Assembly (NCBI GenBank): GCA_951406725.2
Contig: OX597842.1
Span: 23,560,001-23,624,000 of the forward strand
Length of the DNA stretch: 64,000 bases
Source: Octopus vulgaris
Taxonomy: Eukaryota
Direction of reading: 5' to 3'
How positions within the stretch are numbered: position 1 is the first letter of the stretch; every line of letters begins with the position of its first letter. The notes beneath the pieces were generated by a model. The model searched no databases. It was given only the letters and a program-made list of their open reading frames with translations, and was not told where the DNA came from. This document shows positions 43,405 to 58,359 of the stretch, piece by piece. The position numbers were made by a program, and so were the translations under genes.

Positions 43405-44456
43405 CTTAAGACTTGCTGTCAAGATCGACTCTGTGTTTCATTTTTTTCAAGGTGAGTAAAAAATAATAATAATCAAGGTGCCGCGCAATGGGAATGAACT
43501 CAGAACATAGCGATAGGCGAAATACCACTCAGCATTTCATGCAGTGTGCAGAGTCGATCACACGTGCCCCAGTATTTCCTGAAAGGGATGAAAGTCAAAG
43601 TCGACCTCGGCTGTATTTGAACCCAAGACTCACTGTCGAGATCAACTCTGTCTTTCATTTTTTTGCAGGGTGAGTAAAAAATAATAATAATCTTCGGTAC
43701 TTTAGGCACAAGTCCTGAAATTAGGCGGAAGGGCATAAGTCAGTTCCATGGACCCCAGTACTGTTCTTATTTTATCGATCTCGAAAGGATGAAAGGCAAA
43801 GTCGACCTTGGCGGACTTTGAAGTGTTAGAGTAAAGAAGGATGAAATGCTGTTAAGTATTTTGTCCAGTATGCTAATGATTCTGCCAGTAAATAATGGAA
43901 TTCTGTGAACCCTTCGAAGTTACTGCAATCTGTGAAAATGCATAGAAAGATTGAGAAGATATGCTCCCTTGTCTTAGATATATCAAACATGAATTTGTTC
44001 TGAAAGGTATGAGGAAGGTAGGTGTAGGGCCGACCTAAGCCTTGTGAGTGGATTTCGTAGACGGAAACTGAAAAAAGCCCTTTGTATATGTGTGTGTGTG
44101 TATGTGTTTGTCTCCCCAACATCGCTTGGCAACCGATGGTGGTGTGTTTACGTCCCTGTAACTTAGCGGTTCAGCAAAAGCGACCGATAGAATAAGTACT
44201 AGGCTTCCAAACAATAAGTCCTGGGTCAACTTGCTTGAAAGGCGGTGCTCCAGCATGGCCACAGTCAAATGACTGAAACGAGTAAAACAGTAAAAGTTGT
44301 GTAGGTATGCCAGTCTTTCAACGCTTCAATGAACTCCGACCCTTGCGAACATTGACATTAAACGGATGACAGTATTGATGTTGTAAAATTTGCAATGTTG
44401 AATTATTATGTCACTTAACTATTCTCTTTATCTTACTGTTTCTTTTCCTGTTTCAG

Positions 44457-44503
44457 AATATCACATCATGTTGACGTAAAAGAAAGTTCTTCATTCAGAT
44501 GTG
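44457..44503 (+). pseudogene. Stub of an A/D-type coding exon
   Basis: The intron and acceptor (44456) match 10522-11778, but the exon is cut after about 47 nt and joined to a first-exon-like sequence. Confidence 0.65.
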
Positions 44504-45809
44504 AATTAGTGCATTTAATTAGCGATCATTGGACTCGCATTTTATATCCGAATACGGTAAGTTTACAAAGATTCACTTTAACTCTGTAATGGTGATGATA
44601 ATACTACGAATAGCAATATAAATAATAGAATTATGTAAACCTCTCGCTGTCACTGTAATTATTTCGAAGCGGGAACCTGACAGCATTAGGAAATTATAAT
44701 TGCTCGTCTTAATTAATAACTTCCAAATTGAAATGTTGATCGGTTGTTAATGGAAAGCGATGATCGAATGTTATATATGATATAAGGGAAATTAATTTGT
44801 AAAATGAGAGTAAATAGGGTTAGGGAAACCGATTGAAAAATACCACATTAATTTATGTTGATGAGGCATTGAAAAAACGGTAAGCTGAGATTGATAGAGC
44901 AGAGCAATCGATACAAGGTATGTACAAAAATGCCTAAAAGTTTGTGTTAGATTTGGCTGTTATTTCTAGCAAGTGGGTAGCCTGCTGCTAGGCCATAGAA
45001 TCGGGAGTGCATGAGGTTCTTGTAATCTTTTTTTTTTCTTTTTTCCTGAAAAGTTGAAATTTAACAAACAAATTTTTTCAGGATCAAAAGCTATGTATTT
45101 TGTTCCCATAAACGTCTGAAAATAGTGAAAAATGAAGAAATGGGTGGGTGTGGGTAATTGAAATTATGAAATAGGGATTTTGCAAGTTCTTAAAAAAAAT
45201 TTTTTTATTCAGAATTGTAATCTCCATAGCCGAAAACGTGGATTTCATAAAAAAACAAAACTTTTCAGTGGTGGTTTGAGATGTTTAGGCATGCCAGTCT
45301 TTCAACACCTCGGTGAATTCTAACCCATGTGAGCATAGACATTAAATGGATGACAGTGATGATGCTGTAATATTTGCAATGTTCAATTACGATATCATTT
45401 ATCTTTATCTCACTGCTTCTTTTCTTATTTCAGAATATCCCACCTTGTTGATGTCAAAGAAATGTCTTCATTGAGATGTGCCTCTGATGTTTTTATCAAC
45501 TTTTATTGACTAAAGAAAGACGATATATTTGTAGGGAGCCTTCATCAATACATCAAACTCTTTATATATATATATGACAAACAACAGTGAAATATTTTTC
45601 TTGTCTTCACTGTCTGGAATGTAGAGGAGGTGATTGCTTCAGAAGTTGGATAACTTTACGAAGGACTGGTCAGTTTTCACCTGCTAATTTAGATATTAAT
45701 TAAGATCATAGATAAAAAATACAGCATTAAATTATTCCCCGAAAATACTAACTGAACTGAATACAAACGTATTCATAGAAATGAAAAAAACAATATCCTT
45801 GTGATATAT

Positions 45810-46715
<906 letters not shown>

Positions 46716-47194
46716 CTATAAGTATTGAAATTTATTACAATATGCCTAAAATTACTTCTAGTTTTTCTGCATAGAGACAGGGATTTTTTTTATCTCTTCA
46801 AATTTCATGGTATCAGCTTCAATTTCATCAATGTCAACATCAAATTCAGCAAAGACTTTGATTTCTGAAGATGGTAATGCTGGATTTTTGAGGAATTTGT
46901 TATGAGAGAATAAAGAAATGGGAATAATGAATAAAAACTGAATTAAACTGAAATTGGTTTTGTCTATGTACTTTCATCATTGTCGTCATTTTCATCATCA
47001 TCATCATCATCCTTCAGCGATAGCTTTTCTTTATATGCTGTCATGGGTGAGACAGTTTGAGATGAGCTGGCAAATCAAAATGCTGCACTAGGTTCCGGTC
47101 TGATTTGTTTGGGTTTCTTTGGATGTATTCTCCTAATGCTAACCAGTTTACAGTTTATGCTGTGCTTTACATATACATACATGTATATATATAC

Positions 47195-47593
47195 TCTTTA
47201 CTCTTTTACTTATTTCAGTCATTTGACTGCAGCCATGCTGGAGCACCGCCTTTAATCGAGCAACTCGACCCCAGGACTTATTTTTTTGTAAGCCCAGTAC
47301 TTATCCTATTGGTCTCTTTTTGCCGAACCGCTAAGTAACGGGGACATAAACACACCAGCATCGGTTGTCAAGCAATACTAGGGGGACAAACACAGACACA
47401 CAAACACACACCCACATATATATATATATACGACGAGCTTCTTTCACTTTCCGTCAACCAAATCCACTCACAAGGCTTTGGTCAGCGCGAGGCTATAGTA
47501 GAAGACACTTGCCCAAGGTGCCACGCAGTGGGACTGAACCCAGAACCATGTGGTTGGTAAACAAGCTACTTACCACACAGCCACTCCTGCGCC
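47195..47593 (-). mobile_element. tRNA-derived SINE family 1, full length
   Basis: Same insertion as 5068-5420 but retaining the A-box/B-box head. Confidence 0.85.
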
Positions 47594-49669
47594 TAATATG
47601 TGCACCATATTCTTGCTATCAACACTTCCAAAATGTGTGGCTGTTTCTACACAAGCCTTCAACACTCGAATCAAATATTTCTGTTTGGGGTTTCTGACAA
47701 CTTACATTTATTCATTCAATACGGCAGAGCTTGAAGTTGTGAATATCAAAAGGAGAGTGAAAGTGATAAGACAGGTAAAGGATATTACTGGAAGTCTCAT
47801 GCTGGATCTCTCTACAGTCGGTGACCATTAGGTGATGGCCGTACCAGCACAGAACTTGTGAGTAACTGCGGATAAACGACAAGAGGTCATCCAGAAAAGA
47901 AAATGCCTTCAAAAAATGCAGAGGCCAGGGCCAAATGACCTCTCCATTCCAGAACGCCATCTATTGGAGAATTACAGAAATACAACCATATAACGGGAAA
48001 TAATTTTTACAACACTTTAAACGACGTGCTGCCTGTAAATTATTAATTAAGGTGCTTAATTACTGATCACTGACTCGTTGTTTGTATCTGAATACGGTAA
48101 GTTGACCAAGATTTACTTTTAGGCTGTAATAGTGATAATAATAATGTAAATTATAGAATTATGTGATCCTCTCGATGTTACAGTAATTATTTGGAAGGCA
48201 TAACAATAGGGAAATGTATTTGCTCGTCTTAAATAACTTCCGAAGTGAAATGTTAATTTGTTGTTTATGAAAACCTATTCTCAACTGTTACATGTGATAT
48301 AAAGTAAATTTATTAGTAAGATGAGAGTATTGTGGTATAATTAATTAGTAAAATGAGAGTTTTGTGGTATAATTAATTAGTATAATCCAGAGTAATGTAG
48401 CATAATTAATTTGTAAAATGAGAGGACTATCATTTTACTATGGTTAATGTGATGAAGGCTGTCACATAAATAAACGTTGGCCTGTTGTTTATGAGGCACT
48501 GATTAATCGGTAAGTTGGCGAGGATTTCTTCTAAGGTTATACTAATAATAATTATGAAGATGATCGTTTCAAATTTTGCCAGTCGAATACATAGAACTCA
48601 GTATTTCCCGAAAGGGATGAAAGGCAAAGTCGACCTCGGCCGTATTTGAATTCAGGACTTTCCGCTGAGGTTGACTTCGACTTTCATTCGTTTCGGGTGC
48701 ATAAAATAATAATGGTGATGATGATGATATCAATTTTTAGTACTTTAAAGGCGCCAAGCTGGCGGAAACGTTAGTGTGCTGGGCGAAGTGCTTAGCTGTA
48801 TTTCGTCTGCCGTTACGTTCTGAGTTCAAGTTCCGCCGAGGTCGACTTTGCCTTTCATCCTTTCGGGGTCGATAAATTAAGTACCAGTTACGCACTGAGG
48901 TCGATATAAGGGACTTAATCCGCTTGTTTGTCCCCTCTGTGTTTAGCTCCTTGTGGGCAGTAAAGAAATAGAAACGTTAGTACTGTATTTCGTCTGTATT
49001 TACGTTCTGAGTTAATATCCGCCTACGTCGACTTTGCCTTTTATTCTTTCAGAGTCGATAAATTAAGTACCAGTTGTTGACTGGGGTCGATCTAATCAAC
49101 TGGATCCCGCCGCAAAAATTTCGGGCCTTGTACCTAGAGTAGAAAAGAATGTTTAGTACATGAGACACAATGTCTGAAATTTGGCGGGAGAGTGTAGGTC
49201 GATTCAATGGAACCCAGCGCTCTACTGCTTCTTTTTCTATTTCAGAATATCACTTCATGTTGACATGAAAGAAATTTCCTCATTCAGATGTACCTCTGGT
49301 ATTTTTATTGACTTTCATGGATCAAAGGAAGACCATATTTTTATAAGGCACTTTCATCAATACTTCAACCTCTCTATATGAATAAAATCTTCATCAAAGG
49401 ATGAGAAAATATTTCTTCTGGACAATGCAATTAACAACAATATTTTTTTGCCTTCACTGTCTGGAATGTAGTGGAGATAATCAATTTACAGATTAATTTA
49501 AACGTTGATAACTTTTCAAATGAGTTAGCAGTTTACATCTTGTGTTTTAGATATTCAGTAAGATCACAGATGAAAGAATTGTAGCATTAAATTATTCTCT
49601 GAAAATAGTGACACAACTGAACACAACCATATTCATGGAAATGAAAAAAACACTATCATTGTGATATGT

Positions 49670-51211
<1,542 letters not shown>

Positions 51212-51854
51212 CTGTATCTGTATCAAAATTTATTACAACTGGACAACAATTACGAATTTTTGTCTGTTAAAAGACTGGATTTATTCCTATTCAAGTTTGA
51301 CCCTATCAACTTTAATTTCATCATTAACAATTTGATATTAACAAACTCCAACTTCAGTATCATGTATGTATCCAAATATATCAACACAGCAGTCACTTTG
51401 ATCTCTTGTAGTGTTTGTGTTGAATTTTTGAGGAATTTGTTATGAGAGAATAAAGGAATAAAAGTTTTAAGTGACATTAATTTTGTCTTTGTTGTGTTTT
51501 CATCATTATCATTATTTAACGTTTTCTATGCAGGATCAGGTGGGAAAGTGTTACAAGGGCTGTCAAGCCAGAGTGCTGTTCCAGATTCCAGTCAGATTTG
51601 GCTTGCTTTTCTGTGGCTGTATGCCCTTAAGATACATGGTGTGTTTTATAAATATGCCTGTTCATGTATCATAACAGCATGAAACTTGTAGTAGCTCTCT
51701 CGGTTATGTATTTAATTTGATATGTTTGTGTGTGTTTGTGAACACAGTGACAGTCTGGTGACTAAAATAGGTGTATACAAATCTCGTATTTTGAGTGTAT
51801 TCATGTCTGGGGCAGAAGCATGGACTCCCTTTTACAGAGCAATATAAAAAAACT

Positions 51855-52092
51855 TGAAACTTTTCACATGTGCTGTTTGTGCAACAAAATAGGAAGATAA
51901 GACATCAAATGTCAAAACCTTAGAAATATGTGGTATGTCCAGCATCCAAAGCATGTTGATGAGAATTCAGTGCAGATGGTTAGGACATGCTTTTCAAATG
52001 AAAAATGGCTGCATTAAAAAAAATTCTTCTTTACGGCTAAAAAATGGAGGGACATCATGGCAGAGGAAAACCTGTCCTTAGGTATAAGGATT
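51855..52092 (+). mobile_element. Decayed RTE-clade LINE ORF2 C-terminal fragment (paralog at about 58950-59186)
   Basis: Broken reading ...DKTSNVKTLEICGMSSIQSMLMRIQCRWLGHAFQM...LLYG*...GRGKPVLRYKD, typical of the region after the RT domain (RWxGH, LxYG, GRPxxRxKD). Confidence 0.7.
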
Positions 52093-52436
52093 AGCTGAAG
52101 CAATCAGTAAAATCTCTAGAGTTTGATTTGACATGTTGGGGAAAGTCATTGCCTGGATCCACTTCCATGGTGTCAAATTTCTGGCTCTAGGCAAATGGTG
52201 TAAATCTGATTTAGCTGTATTTACACCATTTCTCTTCAACAATAAATTTTCTCCATGACAAAACACTGTGAATGGGTTGTGTAAGAGTTTGAACCTGGCA
52301 CTGACATTCTTAGAATGGTAATAACATTTTACTTATAAACATCATTGCTTAGTTCTACCTTGTTTAAAAAGTAAAACACCAAAGGAGGGCCAGGGATTGT
52401 GCACCTGTGTAGCCACAATATATACTGACATATACA

Positions 52437-52826
52437 TCTCTATATATATAAAACTTGGGAACTACACAACCAATTTCATTCATTTTACACATGCCTCACT
52501 TCGGGTCCGAGGAGTGTCATCAGCAAAAAATGTTTTAAACTTTTTGCCTAGGGCGAGCCCACAGCAATATCATATCTTCTCCACTACAATTCCCTAAAAC
52601 TTGAGAACTACACAACCAATTTCATTCAAATTTTACACTTGCCTTACTTAGGGCCCATGTAGTTTCATGGGCAAAAAAAATGTTCAACTTCTTGCCTAGG
52701 GCGAGCCCATTGCAATATCATATCTTCTCCACTATTTCAGTATTACATGTTAAACTTTACACATATATATACACATATATACATGCACTAGCACTATGAC
52801 CCGACAACGACGGGTCATAATGCTAG
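52437..52826 (+). mobile_element. Non-autonomous Helitron (same family as 38098)
   Basis: 5' TC; terminal hairpin TATGACCCG-ACAACGA-CGGGTCATA then ATGCTAG|T; internal duplication. Confidence 0.82.
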
Positions 52827-53228
52827 TTTTTACTAAAGTAAATACAGATTTCTCCTTCCAGTTATGCATACATCTATAAATACCTCACTGAATCCACAAT
52901 GTGTCATCAAAGTCAAACTGGACTACATTCACTGCATGCATTCCACTTGGATTACAGACTTGAAATCCGAACGAATGGAAGTTTCCAAGTTAGGCAAAGA
53001 ATATTTAATAACAAAGATGGGCTTTAGTCCAGTACTGCTGTTTCTGACATATTCTTTACTAATTAACAAAAGCGTAACATCCTGCAAAAGAGCCGTTTTA
53101 ATCAGGTGAATAAAGGTAAGAATTAAAAATCAGAACTTTCCAAAAAACTGAACATGATGCCAGATGACTCAACTGACCTGATTCCGCCAGGAGAGTGACT
53201 AGGTTCTGCCTTACTAAGTTTATTTTAA

Positions 53229-53449
53229 CCCTTTCGTTACCAACCTGGCTGAAACCGGCTCTAGCAATGAGTACAAATGTCTTGTTATCATAAGTTTTGA
53301 ATTGATATCTTCCACCAAACCTTAGTCACAATTTATGTTCCTATGACTAGCTTAATGATAATGAAGTTATTTTACTAAATTCTGTGTTATATTTAAAATT
53401 AATTGAAAGAAACACAGAGCATCTCAGCAGAAATATGGTAACAAAAGGG
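53229..53449. mobile_element. piggyBac-type MITE
   Basis: TTAA|CCCTTTCGTTACC...GGTAACAAAAGGG|TTAA. Confidence 0.85.
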
Positions 53450-53473
53450 TTAAAGTCACCATGATATTGTTAA

Positions 53474-53690
53474 CCCTTTTGATATAAATCTGGCTGAAGC
53501 CACCTCTGGCTCTGTAGTATAGATGTCTTGTTTTCAAGTTTTGAATTGAAATCTTCCACCAAACCTTAGTCACAATTTATGTTCGTATCAATAGCTTAAT
53601 GATAATGAAATTTTACTAAATTCTGTGTTATACTTAAAATTAATTGAAAGAAACACAGAGCATCTCAAAATAAATACAGTAACGAAAGTG
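53474..53690. mobile_element. piggyBac-type MITE, adjacent second copy
   Basis: TTAA|CCCTTTTGATA...GTAACGAAAGTG|TTAA with the same internal sequence. Confidence 0.8.
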
Positions 53691-53904
53691 TTAAAGAGCT
53701 CTTTAAAAGGGTTACCAGAATGTGGGGGTAGGCAGGGAATGGGGCAGATGGAGAGAGAAATGAAAGGGAAGCAGTGATATTTGAGCTCATAAAGGGCTGT
53801 AGGATAAAACAAAGGGTTGTAAACAAATGGTTGAAAAGTTTTCTTTGAACTAGACAAAAACTACAATGAGTTGGATTAGCAAGAGGTTATCCATTGATGC
53901 AACA

Positions 53905-54100
53905 CACTCTTGGGGAAAGGTATACCTTGCAATGGTGGATTGTGGGCCAGGGTGGATGGCATCATGGAGAGGAATGAGGGTGGTAATGCTGCAGAAGTGC
54001 TGCAATCAGTGTATTTGGAATGGGGGCTTGTAGATGAGTTATTAATGGAGAATAGTACAGCTTTTTGCACCATCGTTCAATCAAATTTAAGGCTGAGAGG
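53905..54100 (+). mobile_element. Decayed LTR-retrotransposon integrase fragment
   Basis: EVLQSVYLEWGLVDELLMENSTAF resembles the rve-core segment around the second catalytic Asp (xDNGxxF). Confidence 0.45.
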
Positions 54101-54535
54101 CAACGAATCTACCGCATGGAGGCAGTCTTCAAGTTTGTTCTGCAGACAGCCATATTCTGGTACAAATGAGGACACTGCAGCAGTTGGAGTTGGAAGGAGT
54201 TGCATTGGTACAGGCCATAGACAAAGTTGGGTGAAGCCCCCAAATGCGTGCATGGGACATTCCCAATCACTGATAACAGATGAACTGCACACAGAAATGT
54301 CGCTGTGGGTAGCTATTAAGTTGGTTTGCAGAGAAGGGCCATCCAGTTAGGAAGGAGAAGGATCTGACAATTTATATCAGTAATTCTCAACTCAGGTCCA
54401 CACAGCCCCCTCAGGGTCCTATATAAGACTGAGGGGGATTACGCAACAAAATATTATGGAAAACCATAATTATATTTTAAGGGCATTCGAAAAAATTTTG
54501 CTTTACGAACGTAACTGATATGTACTATGCCATAA

Positions 54536-54807
54536 ATAACAGGGACAATTTCATATGTCACTGGAAAGAATTGTTGTTGACAACGATCTGGACAAATTGG
54601 ATTCACCTCAATAGACGTCATTGATTGGTTGAAATTGCCGAAATGCAAGAAACTAAACAACAAATATGCTACAAACTATAGAATTTTCTCAATAAAGCCA
54701 AGAGAAAAAGATGTTTTAAAAATACATTCTACCAATATATGAAGTTTAAAAGTGTTTATTTACAAAGGAATTATTTTAAAAATCTGCCGTTCAAACCGAA
54801 AAGATCC
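54536..54807. mobile_element. Truncated GGATC-terminal MITE
   Basis: One arm ending CTGCCGTTCAAACCGAAAAGATCC, abutting the truncated promoter of the 57143 gene. Another fragment lies at 56585-56678. Confidence 0.75.
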
Positions 54808-54995
54808 TACGTGAGTACTCTTTGTTAAAATAATCTGGTGTAAATTTGCGAAGTGGTTGTCAGAAAAACACTGAAATGTAATCAACCAGTCAGTGGAGCC
54901 ATCTATTGGAGAATTAAAGAAATACAATCATATGAAGGGAAGTAACTTCTACAAAACTTGTTTTACAAGGTCCAAGTCAAAAATTAATAAAGGTG

Positions 54996-55408
54996 TGTAA
55001 CAGGATGGGTTATCGATTCACTGAAAGGGTGTCGATCCAATCCAGTCACATACAATTTTTGTAAGACAATACAGACGAACCAGGTTGTAGGTAAAAGACA
55101 GCAGTTTGTTCATTTATTGTGACGGCGTACGTGTGTCTGATGGGAGAAGGACAGCCTCTGATGTACAGCTTCTTGCTCGTTTGTTGAAGAGGTTCGATGG
55201 TCGTTGGCGGCTAAGTCGGTGAGGTTATCAGAGCCTGCGAAATGTACGTCCGATCGCGTTGGCTGACTTGCCAGAGAGAATGATTTGAGTTTAGCGGGCT
55301 TAAGGGAACGTTTCCCGCACATGCGCATGGGGAAGACTTCCTGTGGCCACCCGGAAGTAGTCCCATTCTGCGCATGCGCGCTGAACCCTACACAGTAGCC
55401 TCACTACA
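54996..55408 (-). mobile_element. Solo LTR (413 bp, 4-bp TSD, Gypsy-like)
   Basis: TGT...ACA termini. TSD GGTG at 54992-54995 and 55409-55412. Paralogs have the empty site TTAAGGTGCTTAATTAG. AATAAA on the minus strand at about 55113. Confidence 0.85.
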
Positions 55409-55734
55409 GGTGCTTAATTAGCGATCACTGACTTGTTTGTTCAAATCTGAATACGGTAAGTTGAGAAATATTTACTTGAAGGCTATAATTGTGTTAATAC
55501 TACTAATAATAATGTAAATAATAGAATTATGTGACCCTCTTTATGTTAAAGTAATTATTTCAAAGCGAAAACATAACAAATTGGGAAAATATATTTCGGT
55601 GTCTTAAATAATAAATTCCAAACTGAAATGTTGATTTGTTGCTTAGGAAAACCTATGAACTGCTGTTGCATGTGATATAAAGGAAATTAATTGTTAAAAT
55701 GAGTGTTAAGTGGTGTAATTATTAAAATGAGACG

Positions 55735-55915
55735 AGCGCATCCACGCTAGCTAGTCGTAAGTAGTCAATCCTACAACGACTACCTAGCAAAGTAAATAAA
55801 ACAGAAAATAAATAATTTTTTTACACAAAGTAAATAACACAAAAAAACACAAAGTAAGGATCGACTAGTCATGACTAGCTTGCTGCGGATACACGAGTAC
55901 TCGCACCGGGACCAC
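55735..55915. mobile_element. Small inverted-repeat element; related terminus at about 27322-27382
   Basis: The right arm ...GCGGATACACGAGTACTCGCACCGGGACCACT is the reverse complement of 27322-27382; the left arm is partial. Confidence 0.45.
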
Positions 55916-56157
55916 TGTTCTCAAGTAGTACCCATTAATGTTGACCGGTTTTTTATGAGGCATCGGTAGAACGGTAAGTTGACAAAGACTTCTTTTAAGA
56001 TTATATTAATACTAGTAATGATGATGATGGTCTCAAATTTTGGCAAATAGTCGTTTACATAGAAACAGGTAGCTCCCGAAAGGAATGGAAGCCAAAATCG
56101 ACCTCGGCCGTATAACTCAGGACTTGTTTTTGTATATAAATATATATATATATATAT

Positions 56158-56545
56158 AGGCGCAGGAGTGGCTGTGTGGTAAGTAGCTTGTTTACCAACC
56201 ACATGGTTCTGGGTTCAGTCCCAATGCGTGGCACCTTGGGCAAGTGTCTTCTACTATAGCCTCGGGCTGACCAAAGCCTTGTGAGTGGATTTGGTAGACG
56301 GAAACTGAAAGAAGCCCATCGTATATATGTATATATGCGTGTGTGTGTTTGTCCCCCTAGCATTGCTTGACAACCGATGCTGGTGTGTTTATGTCCCCAT
56401 TACTTAGTGGTTCGGCAAAAGAGACAGATAGAATAAGTACTGGGCTTACAAAAGAATAAGTCTCTGGGTCGAGTTGCTCAATTAAAGGCCGTGCTCCAGC
56501 ATGGCCGCAGTCAAATGACTGAAACAAGTAAAATAGTAAAAGAGA
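56158..56545 (+). mobile_element. tRNA-derived SINE family 1, full length
   Basis: A-box TGGCTGTGTGG, B-box GGTTCAGTCCC and (GTAAAA)n-like tail. Confidence 0.87.
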
Positions 56546-57142
56546 GTATATATGAATGCTGTATTTTATTTTATTTCCGATGTAGGATCCATTTGGTTTG
56601 AATGGCAGTTTTTTTCTAGCGTGTCATATGAAATTATCACCCATAATTATGACCCTAGTATCAATCTATTGCATTTCAGTCATATCTATATATATAGACA
56701 TTTAATGAATGGCAGTGTTGATGCTGAAATATTTGCAATGTTGAATCACTATGTCTTTTAATGATTCTCTTTATCTTACTGCTTCTTTTCCTATTTCAGA
56801 ATAACATACCATGTTGATGGAAACGAAACTTCTTCATTCAGATGTGCCTCTGATATTTTTATTGACTTTCATCAACTAATAGAAGACCATATATATAAGT
56901 ATAAGGCACATGCATCAATACATCAATCTCTTTATAAAAATAAAATCTTTGTGATAAACAATGGGAAAATATTGTATTCAACAGCAATATTTTTTTGTTT
57001 TCCCTGTCTGGAATGTACAGGAGATGATCAATTTACAGGTTAATTGAGCTTGGATAACTTTACAAAAGAGTTAACATTTTATATCTTGTGTTTTAGATAT
57101 TAAGATCACCGATGAAACACAACTTGAAATTATTCTATTGTA

Positions 57143-58359
57143 ATGAATAATTTAACTAAACCAAAAACCTCTGATACAAGAGAGAAGCCATATCACTGTG
57201 ATATTTGTGGTAAATCATTTTCTCAAAGTGGAGACTTGTCTAAACACAAATGTACACACACAGGAGAGAAGCAATTTCATTGTAATATCTGTGGTAAATC
57301 ATTCTCTGTAAATAGCACTTTAACTAGTCACAGATGTATTCATACTGGGGAAAAACCACATCAATGTGATATCTGTGGTGAATCATTTTCTGAACGTAGT
57401 AACTTGAAAAGGCACAAACCTACACATACAGGTGAGAAGCCATATCATTGTGATGTCTGTGGTAAATCATTCTCTCAAGTGGTTCTTTGAGTTGTCACAA
57501 GCGTATTCATACTGGGGAAAAGCCATGTCATACAGGAAAGAAGCCATATCATTGTAACATCTGTGGTAAATCATTTTCTGGAAGTACTGATTGGATTAAA
57601 TACAAACGTATTCATACAGGTGAGAAACTGTATCATTGTAATATCTGTGGTAAATCATTCTCTGTAAATAGCAGTTTAACTAGTCACAGACGTACTCATA
57701 CAGGAGAGAAGCCATATCATTGTGATATCTGTGGTACATCATTTTCCCAAAATTCTCACTTGACTAATCATATACGTAGTCATACTGGGGAAAAACCATA
57801 CGTGTGTGATATCTGTGGTAAATCATTTTCTGGAAGTGGAACGTTAACTCGTCACAAACGTATTCATACAGGAGAAAAACCATATGCATGTGAAATTTGT
57901 GGTAAATTATTTTCTCACAACAAGACTTTAAATAATCACAGACATATTCATACAGGAGAGAAGCCATATCGTTGTAATATCTGTGGTAAATCATTCTTTC
58001 AAAGTAGTAACTTGACTAGTCACAAATTTATTCATACTGGTGAAAAACCATGTCAGTGTGATATCTGTGGTAAATTGTTTTCTCAAAATAGCAGTTTAAC
58101 TAGTCACAGACGTATTCATACAGGAGAGAAGCCGTATCATTGTGATATCTGTGGTAAATCATTCACTGCAAACAGTCATTTGACTAATCACAAGCGTGTT
58201 CATACAGGAGAGAAGCCATATCATTGTGATATCTGTGGTAAATGCTTCTCTCAAAAAGGCTACTTAAGTACACATGTGAATATTCATACACAGGTGTTAC
58301 CATATCAATATCAAAATTTATTACAACAGGACAACAATTATGAATATTTTGTCTGTTAA
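57143..58359 (+). pseudogene. Divergent type C ZNF gene (about 13 fingers) with a single frameshift
   Basis: ORFs 57143..57490 and 57487..58359 are joined by a 1-bp deletion near 57478. One finger has His>Tyr. The ancestral stop is lost, giving a 20-aa tail. The frameshift could be an assembly error. Confidence 0.7.
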
